Below, piece by piece: positions 1 to 10,996 of a DNA stretch of 64,000 bases. Location of the stretch: positions 32,001-96,000 of the IMG/VR virus record IMGVR_UViG_3300044712_000786. One strand, written 5' to 3'. Positions within the stretch are counted from its first letter, which is position 1; each line of letters begins with the position of its first letter. Position numbers and translations under genes: made by a program. The notes under the pieces are model-generated. The model had not been told where the DNA came from. It worked only from the letters and a program-made list of their open reading frames with translations, and made no database searches. The DNA comes from a virus (Duplodnaviria > Caudoviricetes).

Positions 1-2
1 TA

Positions 3-1913
3 AAATGGCTACAAGCTACGAACCTCACGAGTAGCATAGGTAATGGTATTCGAATATTGGGCATTAGTGGAGAAGTCGATGGCTGTATAGTGAAAGGATA
101 TGATACTACGCAACATAGCGCGGGAATCATGAGTAATACTGATGGCGTCTTAGTGCGTAATTGTGTGGTATCTGATTATCGTTCTACAGGGGGCGTACTC
201 CATTATGGATTTGAATTTACTGAAGTAGTGAATAGGAAGCTTTATAATAACACTTGTGTTAATTGTGATTATAGCTTCGTAACAAATAGCTCTGTAGACA
301 TGATGAATTGTTTATCTAACAATTGTCCGCAAGGATTTCATGGGGGAGCATCTGCTGCAAGTTCAAATAACCTTTCAAACTTAGCTAGTGATGCTCCCGG
401 CCTTAATCCTCGAACTGGCGCAGCTTTGTTCATGGATTCAGGTAACGGAGACTTTCGCCTATCCCCTTACGATACGGGCGCGATGCTGCGAGGAACAGGG
501 TTATCCCATATCTTTACTACGGATATCGTAGGAACTAGCCGTGGGACTGGCACCGTTTGGGACATCGGGGCACATCATAGCACTGAGATTATCAAAACAG
601 TAAAGCCATCAGGACAAAGCGGAAATTATAATAGCCTCTCCGCTTGGGAAGCGGGAGAACAAAGAGACTTAACTATCATTAACAAGATAGAAATAGCAGA
701 AATTGACGGTAACTGGACTGAGGTAGACCCGAATCAATTAGACATTAATGGCTACACAACCGATATAGATAACTATTTAGTCATAAGAGCCGTAGGCTCA
801 GCACGACATGCAGGAAAATGGGATAATACGAAATATATCTTAAGTCCAACAGTCAGCCCCACCACGAGAACCTATGAAAACTATACTCGTTATGAGGGTC
901 TGCAAATGACTACTCAAGTAACGGGTGCTTCAATCATTGTTCATTTCGGGTTTTCTTTTTACAATACTATTGACTCATGTTTAGTGGTTGCTAACGGGCC
1001 TCGCGCCGATTCGGGAATATGTTATGGTATTATCGCTGAAACAAGCGGAAGTTTAGTTAAAAATTGCGTAGTAACTAATGCCAAATCAGCAGACGCGAGT
1101 AGCGCAGAAGGGTTCTCAATACAATATAATAGCGTTGCTTTAAATTGCACGGCCTATAACTGTGGCAGAGGATTTAGGGCATATCCTAATGATGTTGCTA
1201 CGGTTATCAACTGCTTAGCCCAGAATTGCAATGATGGATTCTTCACGGCGTCTAACTGGCATACGGGTTCTTCTAATAACTGCTCAGACTTATCGAGCGA
1301 TACTCCCGGCGCTAACCCTCATACGGGCACCGTCCAATTTGTCAACGCTGCCAACGGCGACTTTAGACTTAGCAGTGAAGACACAGTAGCGAAAGGTCAG
1401 GGAGTTAATCTTTCTTCTCTTTTTACTACAGACGTTGGCGGCAATACTAGAACTGAGCCTTGGGACATCGGCGCTAGTATTTGGTTTGATGTTTCTGTCT
1501 CGGGTGCAAATGTTCAGATAAGTAGTCCAATTTCTGATGTCTCCACGGGCTTTTGGTCGATAGCCCCGCTATACGAGAAGATAGATGAAATTTCTCCGAG
1601 CGATTCGGATTATATCTACTCTTCAACTAATCCTAGCAACGATACTTGCGAAGTATTGTTAACTGGAGCAATTAATCCAAATGTTCATACTGGGCATTAT
1701 TTAACTTATAGATATCAAAAAGAACTGGATAATTCAAATCAAATTAATCTAGTAGTCGGGCTATATGAAGGAACGACTTTGATTTCTCAGCAAACCCACA
1801 ATGACATTCCTTATGGCTGGATAACTACTGGATTCTATTTAACTTCGGGCGAAGCGGCTACTATCACAAACTATAACAATATTAGGGTAAGATTGACGGC
1901 AAATAAGGTCTAA
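3..1913 (+). CDS. Virion/fibre-associated parallel beta-helix (pectin-lyase-like) repeat protein, 5' truncated by window
   Basis: Frame is open from nt 3, so the TTG start at 57 is not the true start. Two copies of a module with NC/NN beta-helix rungs followed by GDFRL...FTTD..G..R...WDIGA. Confidence 0.65.
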   Translation, partial: KWLQATNLTSSIGNGIRILGISGEVDGCIVKGYDTTQHSAGIMSNTDGVLVRNCVVSDYRSTGGVLHYGFEFTEVVNRKLYNNTCVNCDYSFVTNSSVDMMNCLSNNCPQGFHGGASAASSNNLSNLASDAPGLNPRTGAALFMDSGNGDFRLSPYDTGAMLRGTGLSHIFTTDIVGTSRGTGTVWDIGAHHSTEIIKTVKPSGQSGNYNSLSAWEAGEQRDLTIINKIEIAEIDGNWTEVDPNQLDINGYTTDIDNYLVIRAVGSARHAGKWDNTKYILSPTVSPTTRTYENYTRYEGLQMTTQVTGASIIVHFGFSFYNTIDSCLVVANGPRADSGICYGIIAETSGSLVKNCVVTNAKSADASSAEGFSIQYNSVALNCTAYNCGRGFRAYPNDVATVINCLAQNCNDGFFTASNWHTGSSNNCSDLSSDTPGANPHTGTVQFVNAANGDFRLSSEDTVAKGQGVNLSSLFTTDVGGNTRTEPWDIGASIWFDVSVSGANVQISSPISDVSTGFWSIAPLYEKIDEISPSDSDYIYSSTNPSNDTCEVLLTGAINPNVHTGHYLTYRYQKELDNSNQINLVVGLYEGTTLISQQTHNDIPYGWITTGFYLTSGEAATITNYNNIRVRLTANKV

Positions 1914-4900
1914 TGCCTTACGATGTATTAACAAGTTCGAATGCTGCATGGCCATGGCCAAGCGGAGTAACGGGTTTGTACGTTGAAGGTATTGGTGGTG
2001 GTGGCGCTGGTGGTTATGGTGCTGCTAACCCCGCTTATTGCGGCGGTGGTAAAGGCGGTACTTATGTAAAGAAATTTATTACTAAAGGTGTTGAAAGCAC
2101 GTTAAATATTACTGTTGGCGCGGGTGGCTTGGGAAATAATACTGCGGCTCAAAACGGTTCAGCTTCTTATGTCATACAAAATGGCACGGCGGTTTTCTCC
2201 GCTCCCGGTGGTGCGGGAGTAGCTACTAATGGGACAGTGGGAGCAACGGCTCTTATAGGGGCCATCACTGGTACTACTTTTTATCACGGAGGCAATGGAG
2301 CTAGCTCAACGAGCACTTTTGGTGGTGGTGGTGGCGGTGCAGGTGGACCTACTAGTAGCGGAGTCAATTGTACGGCAGGAGCTTCGGCGGGTCTATTTGG
2401 AGCAGCAGGCAACGGGACTTTTCTTAATGGTTTGACTTATCAGGGTGGGGGTGGAGCCAGCGTAGCCGTTCGTACTGTTGGTAATACTGGTATAGCCTAC
2501 GGTGGTGGTGGTGCTGGCGGAAGCACTAACCAAGTTTCTGACAAAGCGGGTGGTAACGGCGGTCAAGGTATAATTGTTTTATCTTACTCAGTTATTAACA
2601 CTAACTCCATTAATGGTTTAGCGGCAATTACAGCAGGTTCGACTACTTATACTTATACCATTGACGGTCTAGCTAACATACAAAAGACTTTATCTAGTGA
2701 TTTATTGGGCCTAGCTCGAATTTTAGTTACTAATTTCAACTCAATAGATGGTTTATCTAGAATTTCTAAAAGTAGCGCTTCTGAGATAAGCGGTTTGACT
2801 AGAATTCAAAATAGTAGCACAGAAACGGCAAAAGGTAGCGCTCGTATTCAAGTTTCTAGCGCTTATAATCTAAATGGTTTAAGTAGAATCCAAGCAGTCG
2901 AATCTTTTAGCGTATATGGCTTAGCACGCATTCAATCCGCCCAATCCTATAGCGTTTTGGGTTGTGCGAGTATTGTTGCAACAGCGGGTAACTCTGCCCA
3001 AGTTTCTTGGGTTCAGTTTCAAGTTCCCCTAGTTCAGGGCGCGGCACCAACTACATATACAGAGACCATCAATGGCCTAGCTAGGATACTAAATACTTCT
3101 AGTTCTAATTTACTTGGCTTAGCTCGAATTCAATCGACGCTTATCAACAATATAGTTGGTCTAGCGAGAATTAGCAAATCTAGTTCATTTACGATTAGTG
3201 GCTTATCTAGAATACAATCTTCGTATTCTAATTCAATAAATGGTTTAGCCCGAATTCAAGTAACTAATTTAAGTTCTATATCGGGTCTTGCAAGAATCCT
3301 GAATTCAGCAAGTTACGCAATTTTAGGCTTAGCTAGAGTAAAAAATACCCTATATGGTAGTATCTCTGGCTTAAGCAGAATACAAAGCGCTTATTCTTTC
3401 TCGGTTCTTGGCTTAGCTAGACTTAAAATAACGAACGCTAATACCGTTCAAGGTTTAGCTCGAATTACCGCTTCTTCTAGTAGTTCAATTATCGGTTTAG
3501 CGAGAATAAGGGCTTCTCTATCTAATACTATTTCTGGTTTAGCTAGAATTTTAAATAGTTCTTCTGCCTCTGTTAGTGGTTTAGCTCGAATTTCTAGCTC
3601 GGCTAATTATAGTATTAATGGCTTAGCTCGAATTTTTGCGACAACTCAGTATTCGATTAGCGGCACAGCACTTATTCAGGGGTTATTCGAAAAGAGCCAT
3701 TCTATTTATGGTTTAGCTAGAATATTTAATACCTCTTCCGCTAATATTAGCGGTTTAGCTAAAATATCGATTACTTATTCTAATAGTCTTTCGGGCTCTG
3801 CTCGTATTACTTCTCCAGTTTCAAGCTATTTAATCGGCTCAGCTAGAATTCAAAAGACTTCTGGAAGCCAGATAAACGGTAACGCTAGGATACTAGTTCC
3901 CCTTACTTATAATATTCAGGGTCTTGCGAGAATTCTCAAGACGGTCTCTAGTGATATCCAAGGTTTAGCAAGGATTCAAAATAGCTCGGTTAATACGATT
4001 TCTGGTCTAGCCCGTATCTCTAAAACAGCCCTTTACAGCGCATCGGGCTTGGCGAGAATTCAGAAAGCTAGCTCGTTCACCATTTCTGGCCTTGCGAAAA
4101 TTGCCGTTAACTACAACTATTCAATTAACGGTCTAGCTAGAATATATGCAACTTCGACTAATAGCATATTTGGTCAAGCCTATATCGCAAGTTTAGTAGG
4201 TAAAACTAATAGTATCATTGGTCTAGCTCGAATCTTCAATACTAGCCGCTCTCAGTTATTCGGCCTAGCGAGAATTTCCAAGAGTTTCTCTAGTAACGTT
4301 TCGGGCCAAGCTCGAATACAAAAATCTCTATCTAGCAGTATTAATGGTCTAGCGCGAATTCAGGCGGCTCAAGTTTATACTGTTAATGGCTTAGCTAGAA
4401 TTCAGAATGCGTTTAGTTCATTTGTCTTGGGCTCAGCTAGGGTAAGTAAATCTTTAGTTAGTGCAATTTCTGGTCAAGCTAGGATTTCTAAGAGCTTGGA
4501 AAGCTCTATCTCTGGACTTTCGAGGATTAAGACTTCTTCTGTTTATTCCCAATTGGGGCTAGCACAGATTAAGAGCACGTTAAGTTATTCTATATCGGGA
4601 ACAGCTAACATAGTTCAAACGAGCAGTCAGGTTAAGACTATTTCTGGCTTAGTCCGAATTTATAACACCTACTCATCTTCCATTAATGGTTCCGCTAGAA
4701 TCTTAAGGCACATATCTACGGATATCGTTGGTTTAGCTCGAATCAAAGCCTCCAGTAGCCAGAATATCAGCGGATTAGGAAGAATTGAAAAGAGCTTTTC
4801 TAATACTGTTTCTGGCTTAGCTAGGGTGATGTTGGTTCAAAGTGGAGAAATCAGCGGCTCTGCTAGAATCTTCAATACTTACTCTTACGGTATCCAAGGA

Positions 4901-5110
4901 CAAGTTTTAATCATTGGAATTACCATAGGATTTGGAATAGACATTACTTTAAATACTTCCAAGCCCAATAATTCGGCTATTACAACTAAGCCTAATAATT
5001 ACGCTAATACAACTCAACCCGACAACAATATAACCACAACTAAGCCCAGTCACCAGCTTATAACGACTAAACCTTCATTTTCTATAGAAACTCAACGTCC
5101 TAATACCTAA
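1913..5110 (+). CDS. Fibre-like virion protein: Gly-rich N-terminal domain plus ~53 14-aa (I)xGLARI repeats
   Basis: GGGGAGG-rich N-domain typical of phage tail-fibre modules; regular 14-aa repeats; C-terminal TxP 9-aa repeats. Confidence 0.7.
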   Translation: MPYDVLTSSNAAWPWPSGVTGLYVEGIGGGGAGGYGAANPAYCGGGKGGTYVKKFITKGVESTLNITVGAGGLGNNTAAQNGSASYVIQNGTAVFSAPGGAGVATNGTVGATALIGAITGTTFYHGGNGASSTSTFGGGGGGAGGPTSSGVNCTAGASAGLFGAAGNGTFLNGLTYQGGGGASVAVRTVGNTGIAYGGGGAGGSTNQVSDKAGGNGGQGIIVLSYSVINTNSINGLAAITAGSTTYTYTIDGLANIQKTLSSDLLGLARILVTNFNSIDGLSRISKSSASEISGLTRIQNSSTETAKGSARIQVSSAYNLNGLSRIQAVESFSVYGLARIQSAQSYSVLGCASIVATAGNSAQVSWVQFQVPLVQGAAPTTYTETINGLARILNTSSSNLLGLARIQSTLINNIVGLARISKSSSFTISGLSRIQSSYSNSINGLARIQVTNLSSISGLARILNSASYAILGLARVKNTLYGSISGLSRIQSAYSFSVLGLARLKITNANTVQGLARITASSSSSIIGLARIRASLSNTISGLARILNSSSASVSGLARISSSANYSINGLARIFATTQYSISGTALIQGLFEKSHSIYGLARIFNTSSANISGLAKISITYSNSLSGSARITSPVSSYLIGSARIQKTSGSQINGNARILVPLTYNIQGLARILKTVSSDIQGLARIQNSSVNTISGLARISKTALYSASGLARIQKASSFTISGLAKIAVNYNYSINGLARIYATSTNSIFGQAYIASLVGKTNSIIGLARIFNTSRSQLFGLARISKSFSSNVSGQARIQKSLSSSINGLARIQAAQVYTVNGLARIQNAFSSFVLGSARVSKSLVSAISGQARISKSLESSISGLSRIKTSSVYSQLGLAQIKSTLSYSISGTANIVQTSSQVKTISGLVRIYNTYSSSINGSARILRHISTDIVGLARIKASSSQNISGLGRIEKSFSNTVSGLARVMLVQSGEISGSARIFNTYSYGIQGQVLIIGITIGFGIDITLNTSKPNNSAITTKPNNYANTTQPDNNITTTKPSHQLITTKPSFSIETQRPNT

Positions 5111-5131
5111 AATACAAGTGTAATTAATAAC

Positions 5132-5470
5132 ATGGCAGTCGAGACATCAAATTTTTCGATAAGGCAAGGCGACACAGTTAATATCAGGATTTACGCTAAG
5201 GATTCTGAAGGCAATTATCTTGATTTAACTAATTATTCGGTAACAGGGTCGGTAAGAGAAAGGTTTTCAAGCACTACAGCTTTATTCCCTTTAAGTCCGA
5301 CAATCCATCCCTCGTTAGTCAGCGGAATAGTGGATATAACCATTAGTAGCTCCGATACGGAGTCTATTCCTGTTAACCGATATGTCTATGATATAGAGGT
5401 TTACGACTTTTCTTCAACTTATAAAGTCGCCAATGGTTATTTATCTATTCAGCCTGAAGTAACGAGATGA
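5132..5470 (+). CDS. Small tail-tip/baseplate adaptor-like protein (BppU/LtfC-like Ig fold)
   Basis: IRQGDT...DLTNYSV...G.VDITIS...YVYDIEV pattern; lies between fibre genes; GTGTAAT motif upstream. Confidence 0.55.
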   Translation: MAVETSNFSIRQGDTVNIRIYAKDSEGNYLDLTNYSVTGSVRERFSSTTALFPLSPTIHPSLVSGIVDITISSSDTESIPVNRYVYDIEVYDFSSTYKVANGYLSIQPEVTR

Positions 5471-8400
5471 CTACTAGAATTCCTGTAACAGACATATCGG
5501 GTAAGATGGTTTGGCCATCTGCCATATCTAACTATCAGACGGTAGTAGATTCCATGGCCGCTTTAAGGGCTTTTGACGTAGGACCAGTAGTAGATGGACA
5601 AACGGTTTTCGTCAAAGGGTATTATGCCGTAGGCGACTTAGGAGGGGGAAATTTTCGTTGGGACGCTACTTCTACCGCTACTGACGATAGCGGCATGTAT
5701 ATTGTTCCCGATTCTAATCCCGCTGCTGGACGATGGATTCGGTTTCTTAATGGGGAAGCGTTTAACGTCAAAATGTGGGGCGCGAAAAGCGATATGGTGT
5801 TTTCAGACCCAGACCATTGGGTAGATGGAGCGGGAACAGATAATGCCCCCATGTTTAATAGGGCTATTCAGTCAATTGCTGGCCAGCAAGTTTTTAACCA
5901 TTCTCGGGAATTAATATTTCCTCATGGAGCCTATTTAGTTAAAGATACTATTTATCTTTGGGCTAATATGAAATATTCTACAGACGGTGCATTAAATAGC
6001 ACGTTTGTATGGATGTCAAGCGGAGTTAATAAAGACATCTTTGTTTCTAGAAATGCTTCTGGAGCTATAGATAGGATGAATCGCCCCCCTCCCGCCGCTT
6101 CTGGAACAGTCCCAGATGGATATTATCAAACAGTGGGAGATGACCATGCGCTGAAATTTGATGGAATGGTTATCGCTTACTGCGGGTTTAATGATGCACA
6201 ACCCCCTGATGCTGGAATAGTTAGTTATACCTCCCAGACTGGATATAGCTGCTTTGTTTGGTGTCATCCCGGTGAAGGTTCAGAACTTAACAACCTTTAT
6301 ACTTGGGGTGGTAAATATGGTATTAGAACAATAGGCGGGGGCGCTCCCGGTCCTTACGTTAGAAGAGTTTCGGCTTGGCACCCAGCTAAAGCGGGTTTCG
6401 GTTACGAAGCTATTAAAAATTGGTTCAGGGTAGATGGCTCTTGGGTTCTCAAAAAAGATGGCGCTGGGAATATCTTTAGTTTAGACAATCCCTCCTGTGA
6501 TTATAGGGCTTGGAATTGGTCTGGCGGTATGGTTCATATTCAAGATAACGCTGGAAGCGTTTATCTCAAGGGGCCTAAATTCGAAGGAATTGCTAGGAAT
6601 GGGGTAGTATGCGTAGAATACGGTCCAGACGATTGGACAATAGGACAAATCGATATTCAGGGGGGAACATTCAACTGTGGTATTCTGGGAGCCGTTGCAG
6701 ATTATAATAATGTTTGGTCTAGCGCCGTTACATTTAATAAGATTCAAGATACTGGCACTTATGGGGCGGCTATCTATTCTGGGAATTATGACATGCCTAC
6801 TGTTACTATTGACAAAGTCAATATGTATCAAGTCAAATACCTTGTGGAGGATAGAGTAAACGATTATCGATGGGGAATCAGGAGTCTCGGTTTAGACCAA
6901 GGTAGATGTAATAGAAGATTTACTTACAATGGAAGAAGAACTCTTGCTTCTGGGGTAGCTCATTCATCTTATTTCAAGCCATTCGTATCGACGGAAGATA
7001 CGTCTGTAATTCAATTCAGGCCCGACAAAACGGGTTGGTGGAGAATTGCTACGGCAACTAATTATAATTTCGGCGGGACTTTCGAAATTAACGGTGTCTA
7101 TTCTGACTCTACTTCTTTTAACGTAAGTTGTCCTACTTGGTTAGAGAGTGGTTCGGCTAGAGAAGTCGAACTTTCATTAAATAGGTCACCCAACGTAAAA
7201 TCTAAAACAAGCACCTATAACCAAAAACATGTTACTAAAGCTCGTGCGTATTTAGCTTATGGACCGAAGGGGGCTAATTATGAATCTGGTTATACTTGCT
7301 ATTTAGATGTTTATGTAGATAAACCCTTATGGACAAACCCAGCTTGGACGGGCGTAAATTCGGAAGAGTCTTTTATTTATGATTTTCTTTATATAACCTC
7401 TAGAACAGAAAATCGTTATGCGGACTCTAGGGACGAATCCTCATTTATTAAACCAATTTTCTTAGGAACTGGTAAAATAGACTATAGCGGGTTCAATCCA
7501 AATGACCCCAACCTTTATTCATTCGGACAGTTGGATTTCGAAAATCAGGGATTTGTTTGCAACGATGGTTCGCCCGTGGGCGCTCACTTAAAAATGGGCG
7601 ATGAGCATATCTTTGTAGATAATAACGGTGTTCTGAAAAGATATAATCAGGGCGCTCAAGTTATCATAGTAGATAATCAGAACGCTCAAACTTATACAGA
7701 TTATAGAGCCTTCTTTACTTCTGGTGGTGGTGGAGTTGAATATATTTTAAGAAGTCATACGGGGAACCTGAGGGATGCGATTACTACTCCTAGAGTATTT
7801 GTTTCCCCATACGAGACGGGAAATGGTATAGGCGCGTTGTTTTCAGCTACCCCATTCTATCTAACTGGTATTACCGTAGTCAATGCGGGTTCTGGCTATA
7901 ATAAGAATCCCTCTATGACAGATGGCCATAAAATCTTATTTGAAGAAGATTATGGCAACGAAATAATGGCGAGTCGCAGGTTATACGCTAATGACGTATT
8001 CTATATTACTAATCCCAGCGCTAATTCTAGAATTATCTCGGGCTCTGGATTTTATACCAGTCTATTCGTAGGAGACAGACTAGTAGGACCCAACAACTCG
8101 AACTATTTAATTGATTACGTAGTAGACGATAAAGTTGCTATTATAAGCCCTTTTTATCCAGCAGCCGTAACCAATGGTATGTTCAGGAGAGCTGGATATA
8201 GTTTAGTTAAACAGGAAACTGGTTTTTATCATGCCGTAACTGATGTAAAAATTTCGTTATTACATGATACGCCTTGGCATTCTGGCAGCGGATTTACTAA
8301 ACTTGTGGTGCGCTCTACTAATGGGGCAACGGTAGCCGAAATAGCAAGGACGGGTATGTCTGGTGTTCTTCAACCCCCAATTAGCTTTTATTGGCCTGTT

Positions 8401-8556
8401 ATCGGAACGGGTGGATTTGGCGGGGCATTAGAAAATAACGCTGGTCTTGAGGCTGTTTTTGTTAATAATAGTAATGTTATTACCCCTCCCACAGGTTCGG
8501 GGATTGCTAGAATCACCGTTTATTCAGTTAAAAATAAAGTCGGCATAGCATACTAG
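5467..8556 (+). CDS. Tailspike / receptor-binding protein with pectin-lyase-like domain
   Basis: VVDSMAALR...VKGYYAVGDLGGGNFRWDATSTATDD particle-binding module, then NVKMWGA...TDNAPMFNRAI...FPHGAYLV beta-helix start. Confidence 0.75.
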   Translation: MTTRIPVTDISGKMVWPSAISNYQTVVDSMAALRAFDVGPVVDGQTVFVKGYYAVGDLGGGNFRWDATSTATDDSGMYIVPDSNPAAGRWIRFLNGEAFNVKMWGAKSDMVFSDPDHWVDGAGTDNAPMFNRAIQSIAGQQVFNHSRELIFPHGAYLVKDTIYLWANMKYSTDGALNSTFVWMSSGVNKDIFVSRNASGAIDRMNRPPPAASGTVPDGYYQTVGDDHALKFDGMVIAYCGFNDAQPPDAGIVSYTSQTGYSCFVWCHPGEGSELNNLYTWGGKYGIRTIGGGAPGPYVRRVSAWHPAKAGFGYEAIKNWFRVDGSWVLKKDGAGNIFSLDNPSCDYRAWNWSGGMVHIQDNAGSVYLKGPKFEGIARNGVVCVEYGPDDWTIGQIDIQGGTFNCGILGAVADYNNVWSSAVTFNKIQDTGTYGAAIYSGNYDMPTVTIDKVNMYQVKYLVEDRVNDYRWGIRSLGLDQGRCNRRFTYNGRRTLASGVAHSSYFKPFVSTEDTSVIQFRPDKTGWWRIATATNYNFGGTFEINGVYSDSTSFNVSCPTWLESGSAREVELSLNRSPNVKSKTSTYNQKHVTKARAYLAYGPKGANYESGYTCYLDVYVDKPLWTNPAWTGVNSEESFIYDFLYITSRTENRYADSRDESSFIKPIFLGTGKIDYSGFNPNDPNLYSFGQLDFENQGFVCNDGSPVGAHLKMGDEHIFVDNNGVLKRYNQGAQVIIVDNQNAQTYTDYRAFFTSGGGGVEYILRSHTGNLRDAITTPRVFVSPYETGNGIGALFSATPFYLTGITVVNAGSGYNKNPSMTDGHKILFEEDYGNEIMASRRLYANDVFYITNPSANSRIISGSGFYTSLFVGDRLVGPNNSNYLIDYVVDDKVAIISPFYPAAVTNGMFRRAGYSLVKQETGFYHAVTDVKISLLHDTPWHSGSGFTKLVVRSTNGATVAEIARTGMSGVLQPPISFYWPVIGTGGFGGALENNAGLEAVFVNNSNVITPPTGSGIARITVYSVKNKVGIAY

Positions 8557-8570
8557 TGTAATAAAAGTAT

Positions 8571-9059
8571 ATGCTAGTTGTAGACATCGCAGATTCTCTC
8601 TATGAGGACTTGGGACAACCAAGTTCGACAAGTATTGCTTCTATTGCGTTTTGGTTAAGAAACCACATAGGACACTTAAATACTTTAATTGGAACATCTT
8701 ACGTCTTAGACGAAGACCAAGAAATTATGTCGGGAGACAACGAGATTGGAACTTCTGAAGCCGACATTCTTAAACAATTGTATATGGTTTATTGGGCGAA
8801 GCTCCAAGTTAAGAATTATTTGGGCGCTTCTGGCACCGAATCCGTTCTAACTATAGAAGATGATGGGGCGAAAGTAACCAAAATAAATAAAACAACTCTA
8901 GCATCTGAATATAGGAATTTAGCGAAAGATGAGCAATTAGCCTTAGACCAAATGGTTAATTCCTATAAGAGGCATGGCTCTTTGCCAGTTCAGGTTACTG
9001 GAGACGATACAGTTGCAGCAGTTTATCAAGTAGTTGACCCAAGGACAAGATATGTCTAG
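8571..9059 (+). CDS. Putative head-tail adaptor (neck) protein
   Basis: Size, synteny before closure/terminator/tube genes, late motif upstream. Confidence 0.45.
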   Translation: MLVVDIADSLYEDLGQPSSTSIASIAFWLRNHIGHLNTLIGTSYVLDEDQEIMSGDNEIGTSEADILKQLYMVYWAKLQVKNYLGASGTESVLTIEDDGAKVTKINKTTLASEYRNLAKDEQLALDQMVNSYKRHGSLPVQVTGDDTVAAVYQVVDPRTRYV

Positions 9060-9486
9060 TTTAATAGGCGCAGCCGCTCAAGCGGAATTTACTGGTCAAT
9101 TAATAGACCATTTTGATACTTTTAAAAAGCCTCTAATAGTCTTTAAAGAGCCTATACAGACGGTCAATACGGACGCTAATGTTTACGTTGGTTATAACGA
9201 AATACAAGGAGAAACCGTTACTTATGCTCCCGTAAGCGGAGCGTTTTACGCTTTAAAAGTAGCTAATAATAAAGTAGCCGTCAACTATGTCCCCCGAACA
9301 GATAACGTTGTTTATTCAAGCATTATCAGAATTAAAGTCCTTCCCGAAACTCATAAATTTATAAGCGAGGGAAAAACTGAGTCGGTTTTATTCAACGATA
9401 TGACTTATAACGTAATTAGCTCCCCTATCCCCAAAGACATATTTGGGCTAAGGTTTTATTATTACGATTTAGCACAGTCCTTCTAA
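9052..9486 (+). CDS. Putative head-closure protein
   Basis: Synteny; ATG at 9052 overlaps the upstream gene end. Confidence 0.4.
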   Translation: MSSLIGAAAQAEFTGQLIDHFDTFKKPLIVFKEPIQTVNTDANVYVGYNEIQGETVTYAPVSGAFYALKVANNKVAVNYVPRTDNVVYSSIIRIKVLPETHKFISEGKTESVLFNDMTYNVISSPIPKDIFGLRFYYYDLAQSF

Positions 9487-10094
9487 TGAAAAACATTGTT
9501 TTAAATATTAACTCTATCAATGAAAGGGTAATTAAAAACGCCCCGAGTATGAAGGGTTTTATGAACAATGCGGCTAGAGCAAAGCTTGTATCTAGAAAAA
9601 ACGCGCTAATTAAAGCGTTTGACGCGCATTCAGTAACCCGAGAAATAGAAAAGGGACCAGATTCTACCTCTAATTCTAGTTCTACTTTAGGCGGAAAACC
9701 CAACTTATTCAGTTTTATTGGATTCGAAAGCGGGAGTAACCCCACATCGGAACTTAGGCAGTTCCTAATGAGTTATATTGATTTGTATAAAACTCCCCCT
9801 AAGATAAAGGGAAATAGTAGAGAAGTCTTCTTCGAATATCAAGTTAAAATCCCTAGCAAAGCTGAAATTGGCGCAGTTACGCCATTACCATTTAAAACAA
9901 GGTCTTCTAATAAAAGCTGGGCGCTTAGTATCGAAAGTGGCCTTTGGGGACTCTCCCATTACCTCTTTGGACTTTTTGCTTCTTCTCGTTCAGGCACGGG
10001 CTTAGAGTCTAAGTATAAAGTAAGGGATACCGAATTTGCCCCCGTTCCGTATTTGACTAAATTGTTATACGATTTTCAGGAATCATTATTTTAA
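9486..10094 (+). CDS. Putative tail-completion/neck protein
   Basis: Synteny; basic composition; WALSIESG motif. Confidence 0.4.
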   Translation: MKNIVLNINSINERVIKNAPSMKGFMNNAARAKLVSRKNALIKAFDAHSVTREIEKGPDSTSNSSSTLGGKPNLFSFIGFESGSNPTSELRQFLMSYIDLYKTPPKIKGNSREVFFEYQVKIPSKAEIGAVTPLPFKTRSSNKSWALSIESGLWGLSHYLFGLFASSRSGTGLESKYKVRDTEFAPVPYLTKLLYDFQESLF

Positions 10095-10942
10095 TGAAGG
10101 CGCAATATAAAAATAAGTTATTGTCGAGTTTTACGTTATGGTTTAACCATCAGTTACTATCTGAAGGGGAAGCTTTCAAAAATCATGGTTCGTATTTTTA
10201 TCCTACTAATCAGATTTTTAATGGATTCCATACATATGCCTGCCCTTTTAATCAATTGGTCTCTGATTCTTCTATAAGTGGGGCACAGGTTCCCACTGGG
10301 CTTTATGTTAATAATGTCTTTGTTACTTCTGGCGTAAGTGGTTTCCATGGAATAGATTACGAGAGAGGCAGAGCTTATTTTACCTCTCCTTTACCTAGCA
10401 CCGCTAAAGTTTCTGGCAACTACGCATATAAAGAAGTTAATGTTGTCTTAAGTAACGAGCCAGAAGAAAAATTATTGTTCGAAACTAAGTATTCCCCTCG
10501 TTCTCCCATAGGTAAGACACCAACTGGACTCTTCTCTAACGAACTTACGTATCCCGTTGTTTTTATTAAATATTTTAAAAATACAAATACCCCCTTTGCT
10601 TTAGGTGGAGACGATAACTCAACCAGTCAAATCTCAGCTATTGTTTTAGCTGATTCAGACTTTACTCTTGATGCTATTACTTCGATTTTCGAAGATAAGG
10701 CTAGGACTATAGTACCCCTATTTAGCCCTAACGAATATCCATATAACTATTATGGTGAACTTAGAAGCGGATTTAACTATACCGCAGCTTCCGAGAATAA
10801 AGATTATGCCTTTATAGATGACTCTAGCTCAACATATTTCAGCCCTAACTTCCAAAATAGGATAAGAGAAGTTAACCCTAATCTATTCTTAGGTGTAATA
10901 GATTTTGTTGTGACTAAAGTCCGTGCCCCTCGAACAGATTAA
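10094..10942 (+). CDS. Putative tail terminator protein
   Basis: Directly upstream of the tube gene; YPVVFI...QISAIVLAD pattern. Confidence 0.45.
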   Translation: MKAQYKNKLLSSFTLWFNHQLLSEGEAFKNHGSYFYPTNQIFNGFHTYACPFNQLVSDSSISGAQVPTGLYVNNVFVTSGVSGFHGIDYERGRAYFTSPLPSTAKVSGNYAYKEVNVVLSNEPEEKLLFETKYSPRSPIGKTPTGLFSNELTYPVVFIKYFKNTNTPFALGGDDNSTSQISAIVLADSDFTLDAITSIFEDKARTIVPLFSPNEYPYNYYGELRSGFNYTAASENKDYAFIDDSSSTYFSPNFQNRIREVNPNLFLGVIDFVVTKVRAPRTD

Positions 10943-10996
10943 TTTTCACAAAAAAACAAAAATAATGTAATACTCATTAACAATAGGATTTAAATT

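Noticed and set aside
1913-8556. Diversity-generating retroelement targeting the fibre genes
   Set aside because: No reverse transcriptase and no TR/VR pair differing at adenines seen in the window.
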